In this document: in pieces, positions 36,604 to 48,115 of the stretch | Layout: each line of letters starts with the position of its first letter | Position numbering within the stretch: position 1 is the first letter of the stretch | Source: Zancudomyces culisetae HAW-14-8 | Lineage: Eukaryota; Fungi; Kickxellomycota | Reading direction: 5' to 3' | NCBI GenBank assembly: GCA_052426225.1 | Contig: JBNJNM010000017.1 | Coordinates: 15,052-79,051, forward strand | DNA length: 64,000 bases | Notes under the pieces: generated by a model | The model's database searches: none | The model's input: only the letters and a program-made list of their open reading frames with translations | Told to the model about the DNA's origin: nothing | Made by a program: the position numbers and the translations under genes

Positions 36604-37717
36604 TGCAATGGAAGATTATTTAGTGCGGAAAAGCGAATATATTTATAAATAATATCATTGGTACCGTTGTTCACTCATTTCCTTTTAGTTTTACACGGCC
36701 TATAACCTGTCTACACCTTAGTTTTAATTTTGTGTTAGTGAAAGCAAGCTTCTGATAATTGAATAAAAAAAGACGAGGTTTGTCCTTTCACAGTGTATAC
36801 ATGCAAGAGATTTCAAATTGGTTCGCTTAATAGACACGAGATAAAGTTCGTATGAATGTATAGTTGGGATTAGTATATCTTGAAATTTTATATAACAGTG
36901 GGCACAAAGATAGATAGAGAACATACCATGGGCAATCAAAAGCGTTACTCTTGTAAGCGTTTTTAAGCTTATAATGGAATGGTTATTTCGTTGGTCATGA
37001 GTACTACAAAAAAATTAATGGATCACAAAGAAGGAAATAAAACAAGCCCATGAAATCAACACTGGTGGACAAAGGTGACTGCGGTCAGGAAAAGATGGTG
37101 GGTAGATACGAAGTATATGGAACCCAACAAGTATTGGGGGCCTGGATATCTGCGATAATCACTATAAAGTTTTGTTTACAAAGTATCGACTAACTGACTC
37201 TAGTTGGCGTTGAGTTATAAACGATATTCTCAAGTTTAGTTCACTATAAGCATACTGGCTAAAGGCTACTTTGTAGCACTTTTATGAGGATGAGGCGGCA
37301 AAGAGTGGGTGCAGCTCGGGGCTACATTGAAATGTACTATTCTGAAGTGGAATGCAAAGGGCTGATAGTCTTGTGGGGTGTGACTATAGATGGTGGAGAT
37401 TTTCTTAGCTTTTCCACAGAGGTTTTGAGTGGCCAATAATGTGGTTTCAGGAAATATTAAAATTTATTTTAAGTAACTCTATGATCAGTAACCTTGTGAA
37501 CAAAAGCGTACAAAAAAATAGCAAATTAAAATAGTGTACAAATTAACTTACCTAAGAGAAAAAATAAAGCTAGCTTTATAAAACTAAAAGGCTATAATTA
37601 AGAAAAGTTTCAATTCTAGGAATCAAAGATCCAAGATCTATAATAAGATAAATATCAATAGCCAAAAATTTTATTAAAAAAGGGTAGAAATCATATATAC
37701 ACACTATACAGCTACAA

Positions 37718-38731
37718 ATGGTATCGAGTGCGGCGCTAAAACGGCTATCTAAGGAGTATAAGGCATTAAAAGAAAATCCAGTTCCGTACATTATAGCACG
37801 GCCATTGGAGAGCAATATACTGGAATGGTAAGGTCTTTTCTTTGATTAAATCCTTTATCGCTTGATGGGAATGAATTTGATATTTTTGAATCGATGATTT
37901 GTATTGTTAAAAGAAATGTGAATATATGTGTATAAAGGCATTACGTTATCAAGGGACCACAGAATACTGATTATGAGGGTGGAGAGTATCATGGTAAGCT
38001 AAAATTTCCGAGTGAATATCCATTCAAGCCGCCAGCGATTCAAATGCTCACACCAAATGGTCAGTTACCCTTTTTTTTAATCTCTTTTCTGGTAGTTTTT
38101 ATTAAATAACAAACAATAGCTATAGGGGTGCTTTTAGCTATTTTAATAACAAAATTACTACTACTATTATTAAATAGGCCGTTTCCAACCCTGCACTAAT
38201 ATATGCACTTCGATGAGCAACTTCCATCCAAATACTTGGAACCCTGCGTGGTCGGTTTCAACAATTGTTACTGGTTTACTGTCGTTCATGGTAGAAGAGG
38301 AAATGACTACTGGAGGCGTGCGAATGACACCACGAGACCGCAAATTGCTAGCAAAAAAATCACACAGTGAAAATATAAAAAATTCCGTGTTTAGAAAGGT
38401 GTTTCCCGAATTGGCGGGCAAGGAAATGAATGAATCGATATTTGTTACAGATGTTGTTGTTAGTAAGGATAAGGAGGCTGGTATTAAAACCCCTAATAAA
38501 GAAATTAATGGTAAAAATCTAGCTACAGATAAGGTACAAAAAGTACAGTTGTTAAAGCATAAGGAAAAAGCAGAGATGGTATCTACAACTACAAAAGCCA
38601 CAAACGAAAGTAACACTAATAAAATTGGGAACGGAAGTGTTGCTAATGGAGATAAGAATAGAGTGGCATGGATGGTGGTGGCTTTTGGGATACTCATGTA
38701 CTTTTTAATAAGACTATTTAGTAGAATATAG
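37718..38731 (+). CDS. UBC6: ER tail-anchored E2 ubiquitin-conjugating enzyme Ubc6/UBE2J2; exons 37718-37827, 37938-38059, 38178-38731
   Basis: [103 protein letters not shown], with a C-terminal TM segment. Confidence 0.93.
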
Positions 38732-39294
38732 TTCAATGCGCATGCTTTTATGGTTTAAATAGTCATTTTTATTATTTTTTTGTTGTATTGGTGTTTTTTA
38801 GTATTGTTTATAGGGAAGTGATGCGAACCAGAGGGGAGAGGGTAGGTCAAGATATTGGCAACGCGATATCTATGCATTTTTATTTATTTATACGTTTGAC
38901 GCTCTATCTAGTTTTTTAATAGTGACCCTACATGTTTATAAAGTATACTTTACAATAGCGTAAAAGTGCAGATGGAAAAAGGAATTGAATTGAAACTGCT
39001 CATTGTGGTTTGCTTGGTCTTTGTTTGCTCCCTCCTCCTCTTTTCTCAATTTTAAATTAGCGAAAGTAACAAGAAAGTGTGCCAAAAATCGAATGACACA
39101 GATCACTGATTAATACTTTGTTGCTAAAAATTACCAAAAATACTTGCTGCGGAAAGCGTTGAAAGTATAAAATAAGCAAGCATTTCCACTTAATAACTGT
39201 CTTTATCATTATTTTTTACCTGTTAAAAAAATATAACAAACAAAACTACAAAGGAAGAGATAGATGCAGAATAGGGAATTAGAGTAGAAAGAAA

Positions 39295-41365
39295 ATGGAA
39301 CTAAAGATTACACAGATGCTACAGGAACTTCACGGAACCGGAGCTTTCAAATCCGATAGCTTAAAATCAAACATCAACATGAAAGAGACATTATTAGAGT
39401 GTTTGACCGAAGAAAATGAACGCGAAGAGAGAATAATGTGTCAAAAGCAAACAGAACTGCGGCAATTGGTAATTAGCCAGTATTTTGAGGATAAAGCAGA
39501 CGTGTATAGCAACAACAGAGCTGATGGGGATGATATGAGCGAGGATGGAGTATGTAAGCGAGAGGAGATGAAGTTACTTGGGGTAATTGATCCGAAGAGT
39601 GAGACCAAGCTATACTTGGAATTGTTAGAATACAAATACAGATTTCCAGCGTTAGCAGAGAATGTACAGAAACAAATGACTTCCTGTACAAAAAGGGAGC
39701 AACAACGTGTAGAGTTGGCGATCCAGGAATATCAAGAGTTTTTCGGCAACATTCCGGACAGTAATATAGGTGTTTACCAAGATGACTCTACAAAAGTGAC
39801 AGACAAACAAGGATGTACAATCGAAATAATGGAAATGGAAATGGAAGGAATGAAAAGCGTGGGAAGAGATGAAATAGAAAGAATAATGACGAAAAACATA
39901 CACAATATTGAAAGGGTAATCAGGAATTTGATATATAATATCCAACCAATACTGTGCTACAACGAACAACAAGCAAATAACGCCAGCACTGAAGACGAAA
40001 AGAGGGTAAAAGATGTTCTTGAGAAAAAGTTTCAAATTGTGGAAAAAGTAGTAGGGATACTCAAAAAAAACAAGGTTGGGGGGATTAATAAAGTTTATAG
40101 CATTTATACGCAGATGATAGCAAGCGAGTTATATGGAGTGAATATATCAATCAAAGTTGGGGATGGGGGCATGATGGATGAGAGAAGGAGATACAGGTGG
40201 TACTATAACAAGAGTTATGTAGAGTACATAGCCAGATGCGCAGACGAGTATATTATGGATTTAAACTTTACGAGCGACGGGCTTAAGCACGTTGAGAATG
40301 AAAATGTTAGTAGCGGTAGTGGTAAACAGAAAAAGAAGATCGGCATGGAAATAATATGCCACTATTTGAATATTATGGAGATATATATTAGTTTGGGAGA
40401 ATACAGAGACGGATTTGTGGTGAGTGAAAAGATTAAATATATGCTGGTTGGGGTAGTATTTGGGCAGCAGGGTCAGTCAAACTATAGTAAGCAGTATAAA
40501 CAGAGGGGGTATACTAAGAGAGGTGTTTTGGCCTCCAACATGAATATTGATGTTAATGGCGGAGAAAAATGGATTGGTGATGAAAAGCATGTAGGAGTTG
40601 GTTTAAATGAAGATGTACAGAAGTACCAGCAGTCTCAACTAGGCGAGGAAGAGGAAGAAAAGGGAGCGAATATGAGGATAGTAAAAAGGATTAGGGAGTT
40701 GGTGGAAGTCAAGAACAAAATACTGGAATCTCTTTGTGAGATTGGGACAAAAAAGTGGAGTTGAAATATACGGAGTAAACCTACAAATGAACTGCAGTCT
40801 AAACTTATATAGGCAAGATGATAAACGAATAATATTATTGGAAGAATATAAACGAATCAGCAAAAGGGCCGGTAATGATGCTACAAGGGAAAAGCTGTTA
40901 CAGGTGTTGGTGTTTTGGGAATACAATGTCAGAAAGATAAAACAGCTGTCCAAGCTGTATAGCCGGGTTGGAATTGAAAGAGTTGAACGAGAGTTGATTG
41001 AATGGGTTGAGGATCGCACCAACAACGCCACCAATAATAACAGACATAGTGGCAATAGACACTACTATTACTGCGGCTATGACACTACAAAAAGAGAAAA
41101 AGTGGAGGGGGTAATAGAGGGAACTGAGAAATATTTGGAGATACTTAATCAATATGGATTTGGACACACAAAAAATGGAAACTATTCAATCCAAGTTTTA
41201 AAAAAAGGTAGTTCTAAAGTAGTAGAGTTTAAATTCAAAGACGATAACAAAGCTGGTTATAGAACCCAGGATAGCAACTATGGGGTGATTGAAAAAGTAA
41301 CAAGATACAGGGTGGCAAACACGTATGACAGACTTAGAAATGAGGAGGTGTCTTTAGATGTATAG
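39295..41365 (+). CDS. Helical protein split over two overlapping ORFs (39295-40764, 40736-41365); possibly a highly divergent COG8/Dor1
   Basis: Contiguous ORFs of similar composition. Weak resemblance to COG8: N-terminal coiled coil '[10 protein letters not shown]', '[12 protein letters not shown]', 'LSKLYSRVG'. Frame change near the A6 run at 40749-40754. Confidence 0.45.
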
Positions 41366-43373
41366 GCGGTCTCAGATCATCTTCATTTTCGTCCCCATCG
41401 ACTGGGCTCTTTGCAAACAGTATTGAAGGATGCTTGGATGAAATTGGCGAGCCATAGGCAGAAGCGGGGCGAGACATCATTTTTTTACGTCCACTTTCTT
41501 TTTCATTAGTTTCGCTTTCACTTTCATCTTCAGTTAATAAAGGATTGGTAGTCTTGGAGTTAGGATATTTGCGGCGGAGGGCAAGGTGTCTTGCCTTCAT
41601 GTATTCAATACCTAGCCGTTTCCAGTCAAGAAGCTCGCTGAGTCGTTCGGTGCGGTTACGTTGGTTGATACGCTGGCGGCGGGTCTTTTGAACAAATTCA
41701 AACATAATATCAGTTAGCTGGTTGACAGATTCATCTACTGATTTTAGTCGGCGGTCGACAATGTAGATACCATAATCCTCAGGACACACGATGTTATCCT
41801 GCATGAAACAACCAAAGCCTGACAGATTGGATGTGATAGATGGTACACCCATCACTGTGCATTCAGCTGGTGTGTAGCCCCATGGCTCGTAGTATGATGG
41901 AAACACGCCAAGATGTGTGCCACGTACAAAATCATCGTAGTCCATTCCGAGTACTGGATTATTTGCATTGAGGAATTCAGGATGGAATACAACCTTTACC
42001 CTATCGTTGCTGCTGTTGAACAGATGCAAGCGGCGCAATTGGTTGAGTACCGGATCATTTGAATCGTCCAGCATGTTGTGTGTCACAATTGGTGGCTGGC
42101 TATCCCGGCGTAGCGACAATACTCGTCGCTTCAACATAATCTTGTCGCTGTCAGTCAACAGGTCTGTTATAATTTCGCCACGGTTAGCCCCTTCAAACAG
42201 TGTTGCCGAAATGTGGCTGCTAACGTCATCGACGGTTTCGCGCAACTGTTTAATCAATGCCTGACCCTTGAGTGTCTCGACAGTATAGCTCTGACACTTG
42301 GCTGGCGCAATGATAAATGCAACTACCGTTATTTTATTTCCACTGCTCTTTGCTAATCGCTCATTCAGACGTCCCAAAGCCTCTACATACATATCTATAC
42401 CCTTGTTACGATACTCATATCGACCAGCTGTGAAGAAATATACTGTGTTTTCCAGGTCAAAGTTCTGCATGTGGCCGTAGAAATGTCCACGCACGAACTC
42501 GTTAATTTTGAGCTTGCTCTTCTGGTGCAGGTTTTGGAACTCGTGCATCGCGCTAAACTGCACTACATTCAAACCGTTTGGCACAATCCCATCTGCCCGT
42601 CGTTTAAGCAGATGCTGGGCCTCATATGCTGTAATATTCGACACTGTCGTAAATACATCCGCTGCGTGCGCTGCTGCTCGTTCCACGCAGTATCGATGAT
42701 AGATACCGCGTCTTCCCGCCTCCTCGTCCACGTTAAAGGAGCCCATATTGTTGTAGAAATCAACATCACCTGCACACAAATAGCGACCCAACAAGGTTGC
42801 ATGTGTCGTAAACAGTGTGGCAACATCCAGCTTGCGATCACGGATTAGCGCAATACCTACTCCAACTTGCCACTCATGAAAATGAGCAAGGATAGCTGTC
42901 TTTTTGTCCTTTTGCGAAACCAACTCCAGTAACCAAGCTTCCAAGTAGCCTACCAGTATTGCATCATTCATTTCGCTATCGCTGTCGGGTGCTGGGATCC
43001 TGAACCGATCCCAAATATCCTTTTTCCATTCCCAGATCTTGCGATCATACACAGAACCCAAATCAAACAATATCACAAGCGGCCCTCCTTCAATCAACCA
43101 TCGCCCATATAGCATCACTATACCCTCGCTCTGTAGTTCTAATATCGCTTGTTCAACGGGGTTTTTCGTCCCTGCCGAAATGCTTATTTCTTCTACTTCT
43201 ATACCAGCTGTCTTGCGGTTCAACGGTCCCACCATAAAAAAGCGGTTTCCAAACTCCTGCACAGTAATCTCGGCCTTTGTCCGGATTACCGTGTAGATAC
43301 CACCGACCTTGTTGGCTACTTCGTAGGCAAATTCGAATAGGTATGGATTTGAAGTGTCTCTATCTCCTGCCAT
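41334..43373 (-). CDS. GSY: Glycogen synthase (GT3)
   Basis: '[18 protein letters not shown]', 'AHFHEWQ', '[14 protein letters not shown]', '[22 protein letters not shown]', the Arg cluster '[15 protein letters not shown]', and a C-terminal 'RPASAYGSP' phospho-site. Intronless. Confidence 0.97.
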   Translation of the reverse strand: MAGDRDTSNPYLFEFAYEVANKVGGIYTVIRTKAEITVQEFGNRFFMVGPLNRKTAGIEVEEISISAGTKNPVEQAILELQSEGIVMLYGRWLIEGGPLVILFDLGSVYDRKIWEWKKDIWDRFRIPAPDSDSEMNDAILVGYLEAWLLELVSQKDKKTAILAHFHEWQVGVGIALIRDRKLDVATLFTTHATLLGRYLCAGDVDFYNNMGSFNVDEEAGRRGIYHRYCVERAAAHAADVFTTVSNITAYEAQHLLKRRADGIVPNGLNVVQFSAMHEFQNLHQKSKLKINEFVRGHFYGHMQNFDLENTVYFFTAGRYEYRNKGIDMYVEALGRLNERLAKSSGNKITVVAFIIAPAKCQSYTVETLKGQALIKQLRETVDDVSSHISATLFEGANRGEIITDLLTDSDKIMLKRRVLSLRRDSQPPIVTHNMLDDSNDPVLNQLRRLHLFNSSNDRVKVVFHPEFLNANNPVLGMDYDDFVRGTHLGVFPSYYEPWGYTPAECTVMGVPSITSNLSGFGCFMQDNIVCPEDYGIYIVDRRLKSVDESVNQLTDIMFEFVQKTRRQRINQRNRTERLSELLDWKRLGIEYMKARHLALRRKYPNSKTTNPLLTEDESESETNEKESGRKKMMSRPASAYGSPISSKHPSILFAKSPVDGDENEDDLRPPIHLKTPPHF

Positions 43374-45753
43374 TGTTCCTCTCTGGGGATAGTTTTTTTT
43401 TACTTTTTTTCTTACTTTTACGTTTTATTTGGTAAATATATTTAACAAGCTTCTTTTCTTTTACAGTTTATGTGTATTGATTATTTTGATTTACTTAAAT
43501 CTGATAATCCTTGGATTTTACTCAATGGGCTATCAAGTTTATTTATACCTTGCTTTGGAGGACACTATAAATGGTGTTACTCAGTTAAAGCTGTGTTAGC
43601 ATTGATGGATTGGTTGCCGTTTGCGTGAAATGTGGCCAGTCTTTGATTTTCTCTTTCCTCCCCTGGTTACATTACAAAAATCAAACAATTTTGTGAAATT
43701 TCCATTATAATGTTTTATCCGCTAATTGCGGTATATTTTTTTTCTGTTTTTGTTTTGCTGTGTTTTTTTTTAGTGTTGCCACAAAATGAATCAATAGTAT
43801 TAAGGTTTAAAAGTGAAAATCGGAGCTGTAGTTTAACGTTTTCAAACCTCCACTTTTCATTGGAAATCTTGTTGCGTTATTTTGTATTTAAATATCGGCA
43901 TTTTTCTCATCGTATATCCCCATTTATATCCGTTCACGCTGCTATTATTGCACATGATCAAATCAGCTGTGTTTTTATTTTTGCTCTTAAATTTCAGTAA
44001 ACAGAAACTGATATAACACCCAAATAAACGAGAGCAGAAAAAATGCCATCCATCACAACGCTTAGTACATATGCTAGAAACCAAACCGTAAATCCAAAAG
44101 TAAAAAGTTCGCAAACTCAGAACGTCTGCACTAGGACTTTTCTTTCTCTATCTACAATGCCGATCCTTCTGCTCAAACAATTAAGTAATAGGTCAAACAA
44201 ATCTACAAATCACCTCATTTAACCCAATTATATTTTTCAACCAACCCTGATTTGGTTTGTTTTTTCCCCATTAATAATGCAACTTGTTTATTTACTCTTA
44301 TAACCAGAATGGGATTTTTATTGATGCACCCAAAGCCTGCAAACTAGTGGTATGGGGCTAGAGAAATTCATCACCCAAGAGATTCCCAGCTGTAGTTCGC
44401 ATAAGTCAAAACCCACTCCCCCCCCTCTCCCGTAAAATAAAAACAAAAAATCATACCACAGCCCATTCAAACCGAAATTTTTCAGATTTTAAGGAAGAGG
44501 GGGAGTGTTATTTACGGCTCTATTGATAGGTCTAAACTCGAGTATTGCATATCCTTTTACTCAAGCTACTTGCTTAACAACGGTGCTATAATAATAGACT
44601 AATAATAGACTAATAATATACTAATATAATATGACTTTGAACTGTTTGTCTCCTCTTCCTCTTAGGTTCTGAAGCTATCTATATATATGAAACAAAAATA
44701 AACCAAAGCTTGTAGGATAACCAGTTCCTTTAAGAAGGTAAAGACCTAGGAATTTATCATATGATTAGTAATAATTAACTTGAATTATAAAATAGAACTG
44801 ATAAACGACTTTCTCAGTTCACAAGGGGTTGGACTTGTATTCTAGTTTCAGTTTTAACCTAGATCCTCTAATAAGAACCGGTATAAATCTGTTAACTTGT
44901 AAAGTGTGCCATCACGCTCTTTGTTTTTCATCTTTTTCATCTTTTTCACTTAACTTTCCTTGCTTAATAAATCCACCCCATAAAAAAAAGTTCTTGATTC
45001 ACCCCATAATTTTCGTAAGTTAATGAAGTATAAGCAGTCAAAAATTTTAGCTTTATAACTCCCTTTATGTGAGTTTGTCCTTTAAAGTTATATTGAACTA
45101 AACAAAGAGTATGGCCTTATATTTTGTTAGTGCTACTTTTGCTTATACGTAAAGCACTATTTTTCTACTTTTATCATCAGTGTGTATTGTACTTGACTCT
45201 CTTGCATCATGACATCCGTGTTTTTTTTAGTGCAACAATGGCGAGCACTAAAAGCGAGAAATGGCTGTAAACTTTAGTTGCAAGCCGTTACTGTGATATG
45301 GCGACTCTAAAATCATGGCTAGGCGCTGCAAAGGATGGTCGCCTTCCAAATTCTACTGCATTATTTAAACTGCAACTTAACCCTTCAAAAATACTTGGTA
45401 TATACACAAGATGTTCCTCCTCCCTCTTGGCTTGAAATCCAGTCAGAACGTAAGGCGGACATATCCACTCTTTGTTTTAGGTTTGTAGCTATATCTAGAT
45501 CACCACCACTCCGCGCACTCGCTAAAAAAAAAAATTTTTTTTGTAATGATTCGCTATAAACTTCAGCACAAAAAAATTTTTTTCGCTCCAAGCTCAAGTA
45601 TACTTTCAGGTTGTATTAAAAGGCGATATTTCAATAAACTTTCTTCATTCATTGTAAATATAAAACATATTCCAACAGGACGACTAACATCAACAAGGTC
45701 TTGTCTTTTTTTGCCTACTTGTTCTACCAACTAAACAGAAAAAAAACGTTAGA

Positions 45754-46776
45754 ATGTATGAGGGATTTTGGGGACTTAATCTACAACCCGGAAAGACATA
45801 CTCACAAGCCGTTGAGGCTTCATTTCGTGTCAGTAACGCCTCGCTGGGCAAAAAGCTAGTTAATGATAAGCGCGCTAGTTTGTTGGTTACGGTTGAAGAC
45901 AAAAGCTTTGTTCTGTGCTCTTTGACACCAAAGGTTATTGAGCAACAGGGATTGGACGTTACGTTTACCGAAGGCGAGGAGGTTACATTTGAAGTCATAG
46001 GAGATAACCAGATTGATTTGGTTGGAAATTATTTGGCTGAATTCCCAGAGGAGGATGAGGGCGATGATGAGGATGAGGATGATGACTATTTTGGCCAGGG
46101 TCTTCTAATGGATGAAGACGATGAAGATGACGATGAGTACGACATTGAAGACTTGGATAGCGAACAAGAAGACGGTATTGGACACGATGGAACTCTCAAG
46201 GGGAGAATCGTAGAGGTAGCTGAGCCAGCTGGATCCGAGTCTACCGTTGGAAAGGCAAAGAAAGAAGCCAAAAAGGAAAGCAAATCCTCAGAGAAACAGG
46301 AGAAACAGGAGAAACAAGAGAAACAAGAGAAACAAAAACCTAAAAAGCACAAGGCAGAAGAACCCGAGCAACAGCCAAAGCAGTCTAAGAAAGCCAAAAC
46401 ACAGCAACCACAAAACCAACAAGAAGCTCCAGCAAATGCCAGCAGATCTCTTCCCAACGGCCTCACCATCCAGGATAAAAAGGTTGGATCTGGCCCTGCT
46501 TGCAAGAAGGGAAACAAAGTTTCTGTCTATTATGTTGGCAAGCTTCAAAAAAACGGCAAACAATTTGATGCGTGCTCCAAAGGGAAGCCATTTTCGTTTG
46601 TGTTGGGAGCCAACCAGGTGATTCGCGGTTGGGAATCAGGAATCATGGGTATGCAAAAGGGCGGTGAACGCCGTCTTGTTATTCCTCCAGCCTTGGCTTA
46701 CGGTAAGCGTGGTGCTCCCCCAGACATCCCACCAAACAGCACACTTGTGTTTGATGTCCGATTGGTTGACTTCTAA
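45754..46776 (+). CDS. FPR3: Nucleoplasmin-like + FKBP peptidyl-prolyl isomerase (Fpr3/Fpr4/FKBP39 type)
   Basis: NPL N-terminus 'FWGLNLQPGKTY', an acidic tract, a Lys-rich linker, and the FKBP domain 'VSVYYVGKL...FD...VIRGWESGIMGMQKGGERRLVIPPALAYG...IPPNSTLVFDVRLV'. Confidence 0.95.
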   Translation: MYEGFWGLNLQPGKTYSQAVEASFRVSNASLGKKLVNDKRASLLVTVEDKSFVLCSLTPKVIEQQGLDVTFTEGEEVTFEVIGDNQIDLVGNYLAEFPEEDEGDDEDEDDDYFGQGLLMDEDDEDDDEYDIEDLDSEQEDGIGHDGTLKGRIVEVAEPAGSESTVGKAKKEAKKESKSSEKQEKQEKQEKQEKQKPKKHKAEEPEQQPKQSKKAKTQQPQNQQEAPANASRSLPNGLTIQDKKVGSGPACKKGNKVSVYYVGKLQKNGKQFDACSKGKPFSFVLGANQVIRGWESGIMGMQKGGERRLVIPPALAYGKRGAPPDIPPNSTLVFDVRLVDF

Positions 46777-47023
46777 ACTTGCACTGGTCGACCGTCCAAC
46801 TTAATGGGTACATTTTCTGAGCAATTATATTACGGTACAGCACAGAGCAAGGCAAAGAAGTATAGTATAGTATATTTTTATCTTTTATTATCTTAAATAT
46901 GAATAATGTATGTTTCTTGAACTAAATGAAAAACCAAGAACGGTGTAATTAATGGTTGAAAAAAAGTAAATAATATGGTGTTTATTCTAATATGGTGAAC
47001 AAGTTAATCAGTAAACCGACCAA

Positions 47024-48115
47024 TTAGTCTTCATCATCTGATCTAATATCGTTGATTTCTTTACCGCGGATGGCATCATATATGATTCTAAGCATGCTGG
47101 CCAGCCACATGCAAAACAGGATTTCTAGGATACAAAGTGAGGCAACTAGTAGCCATTTGATGTTTTCAGTGTAATAATACCCATTTTGTGGATCCCACCG
47201 CTTGTCAATGTACTTTTCCGACATGTAAACCGAGTCAAAAATAATCCTTAAAAAGACAAAGTGGCGTGAATAGATCCATGAAATGACAACAAATACAAAA
47301 GCGATATTGGTACACTTTTCCATATCAAGGTATTTAAAAATTTTAGCTGTAGGCAAAAATATATCCGCAACATCCATAGTAACATGGATAAGCAGTCCAA
47401 TCGATGTCAGGTGTACGTAGTAGCTTGATACCAGTAGCCCAATTGTGAAGATGTGGTGAATTGTCATGATCATCCAATCTTTGCGCCCCTGCTCTATGTT
47501 GAGATACACCAGTGTCGAGATCCAAAAGGCTGTCTCATACAAGTAGTAGAACTTGATAGCAAATGGCATCTGCAGTACGGGATATGTTGACCACATTTCA
47601 ACATGGCCAAAAAACTCCGGGTATGTTATGATTATAACCATTCCATAGGTAAACGAAGCCAATGCCATCGCTACTCCCCACAATTGTTCCGAGAACCGCG
47701 CTCGTTTTTTAGCCGTATCCAGAGTCTTGAATTTGCGCGCCAATGGCCGTCCAATATTTAACCCGAACTGTGCCCGCACATATAGCATTGTTAGTACAAT
47801 ATTTGCACAGTAGAAGATATCTTCTTTACATATTCCGTACCTGTCAACATCAACAAGATTGGACATTTTTAGGAATTTTCCGAAAATGCTGCTATATCCG
47901 GAGTAGTAGCCAAAATATATAAACGCTAATAATCCACCCGCTAATCCTTTCAGTTGTCTTTCTTTCTCATCGAGTCCCGTGTCTCTGTCCTCCTCCTCCT
48001 TTTGTTTTTTAAGTTCTAAAAGAACCAGTTTTTTTTGCTCCTCCTTTTGATCATCAGAGGCCTTCTTTTCCTTAACTACAGTACCACCTTTCCTTTCCAC
48101 TATTTCGCATGTCAT
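47024..48115 (-). CDS. LAG1: Ceramide synthase (TLC domain, Lag1/Lac1 family)
   Basis: 'ARFSEQLW', 'KFYYLYETAFW', the Lag1 motif 'RKDWMIMTIHHIFTIGLLVSSY...IHVTMDVADIFLPTAK', and C-terminal 'DIRSDDED'. Confidence 0.92.
   Translation of the reverse strand: MTCEIVERKGGTVVKEKKASDDQKEEQKKLVLLELKKQKEEEDRDTGLDEKERQLKGLAGGLLAFIYFGYYSGYSSIFGKFLKMSNLVDVDRYGICKEDIFYCANIVLTMLYVRAQFGLNIGRPLARKFKTLDTAKKRARFSEQLWGVAMALASFTYGMVIIITYPEFFGHVEMWSTYPVLQMPFAIKFYYLYETAFWISTLVYLNIEQGRKDWMIMTIHHIFTIGLLVSSYYVHLTSIGLLIHVTMDVADIFLPTAKIFKYLDMEKCTNIAFVFVVISWIYSRHFVFLRIIFDSVYMSEKYIDKRWDPQNGYYYTENIKWLLVASLCILEILFCMWLASMLRIIYDAIRGKEINDIRSDDED

Noticed and set aside
36960-37450. GC-richer intergenic patch containing CGGGGCTACATT, resembling an RNase MRP/P 3' motif
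   Set aside because: The complementary 5' P4 strand (GAAAGTCCCC-like) was not found.
44560-45240. TGATGA/CTGA words suggesting box C/D snoRNAs on the minus strand
   Set aside because: I could not identify an rRNA-complementary guide or terminal stems.
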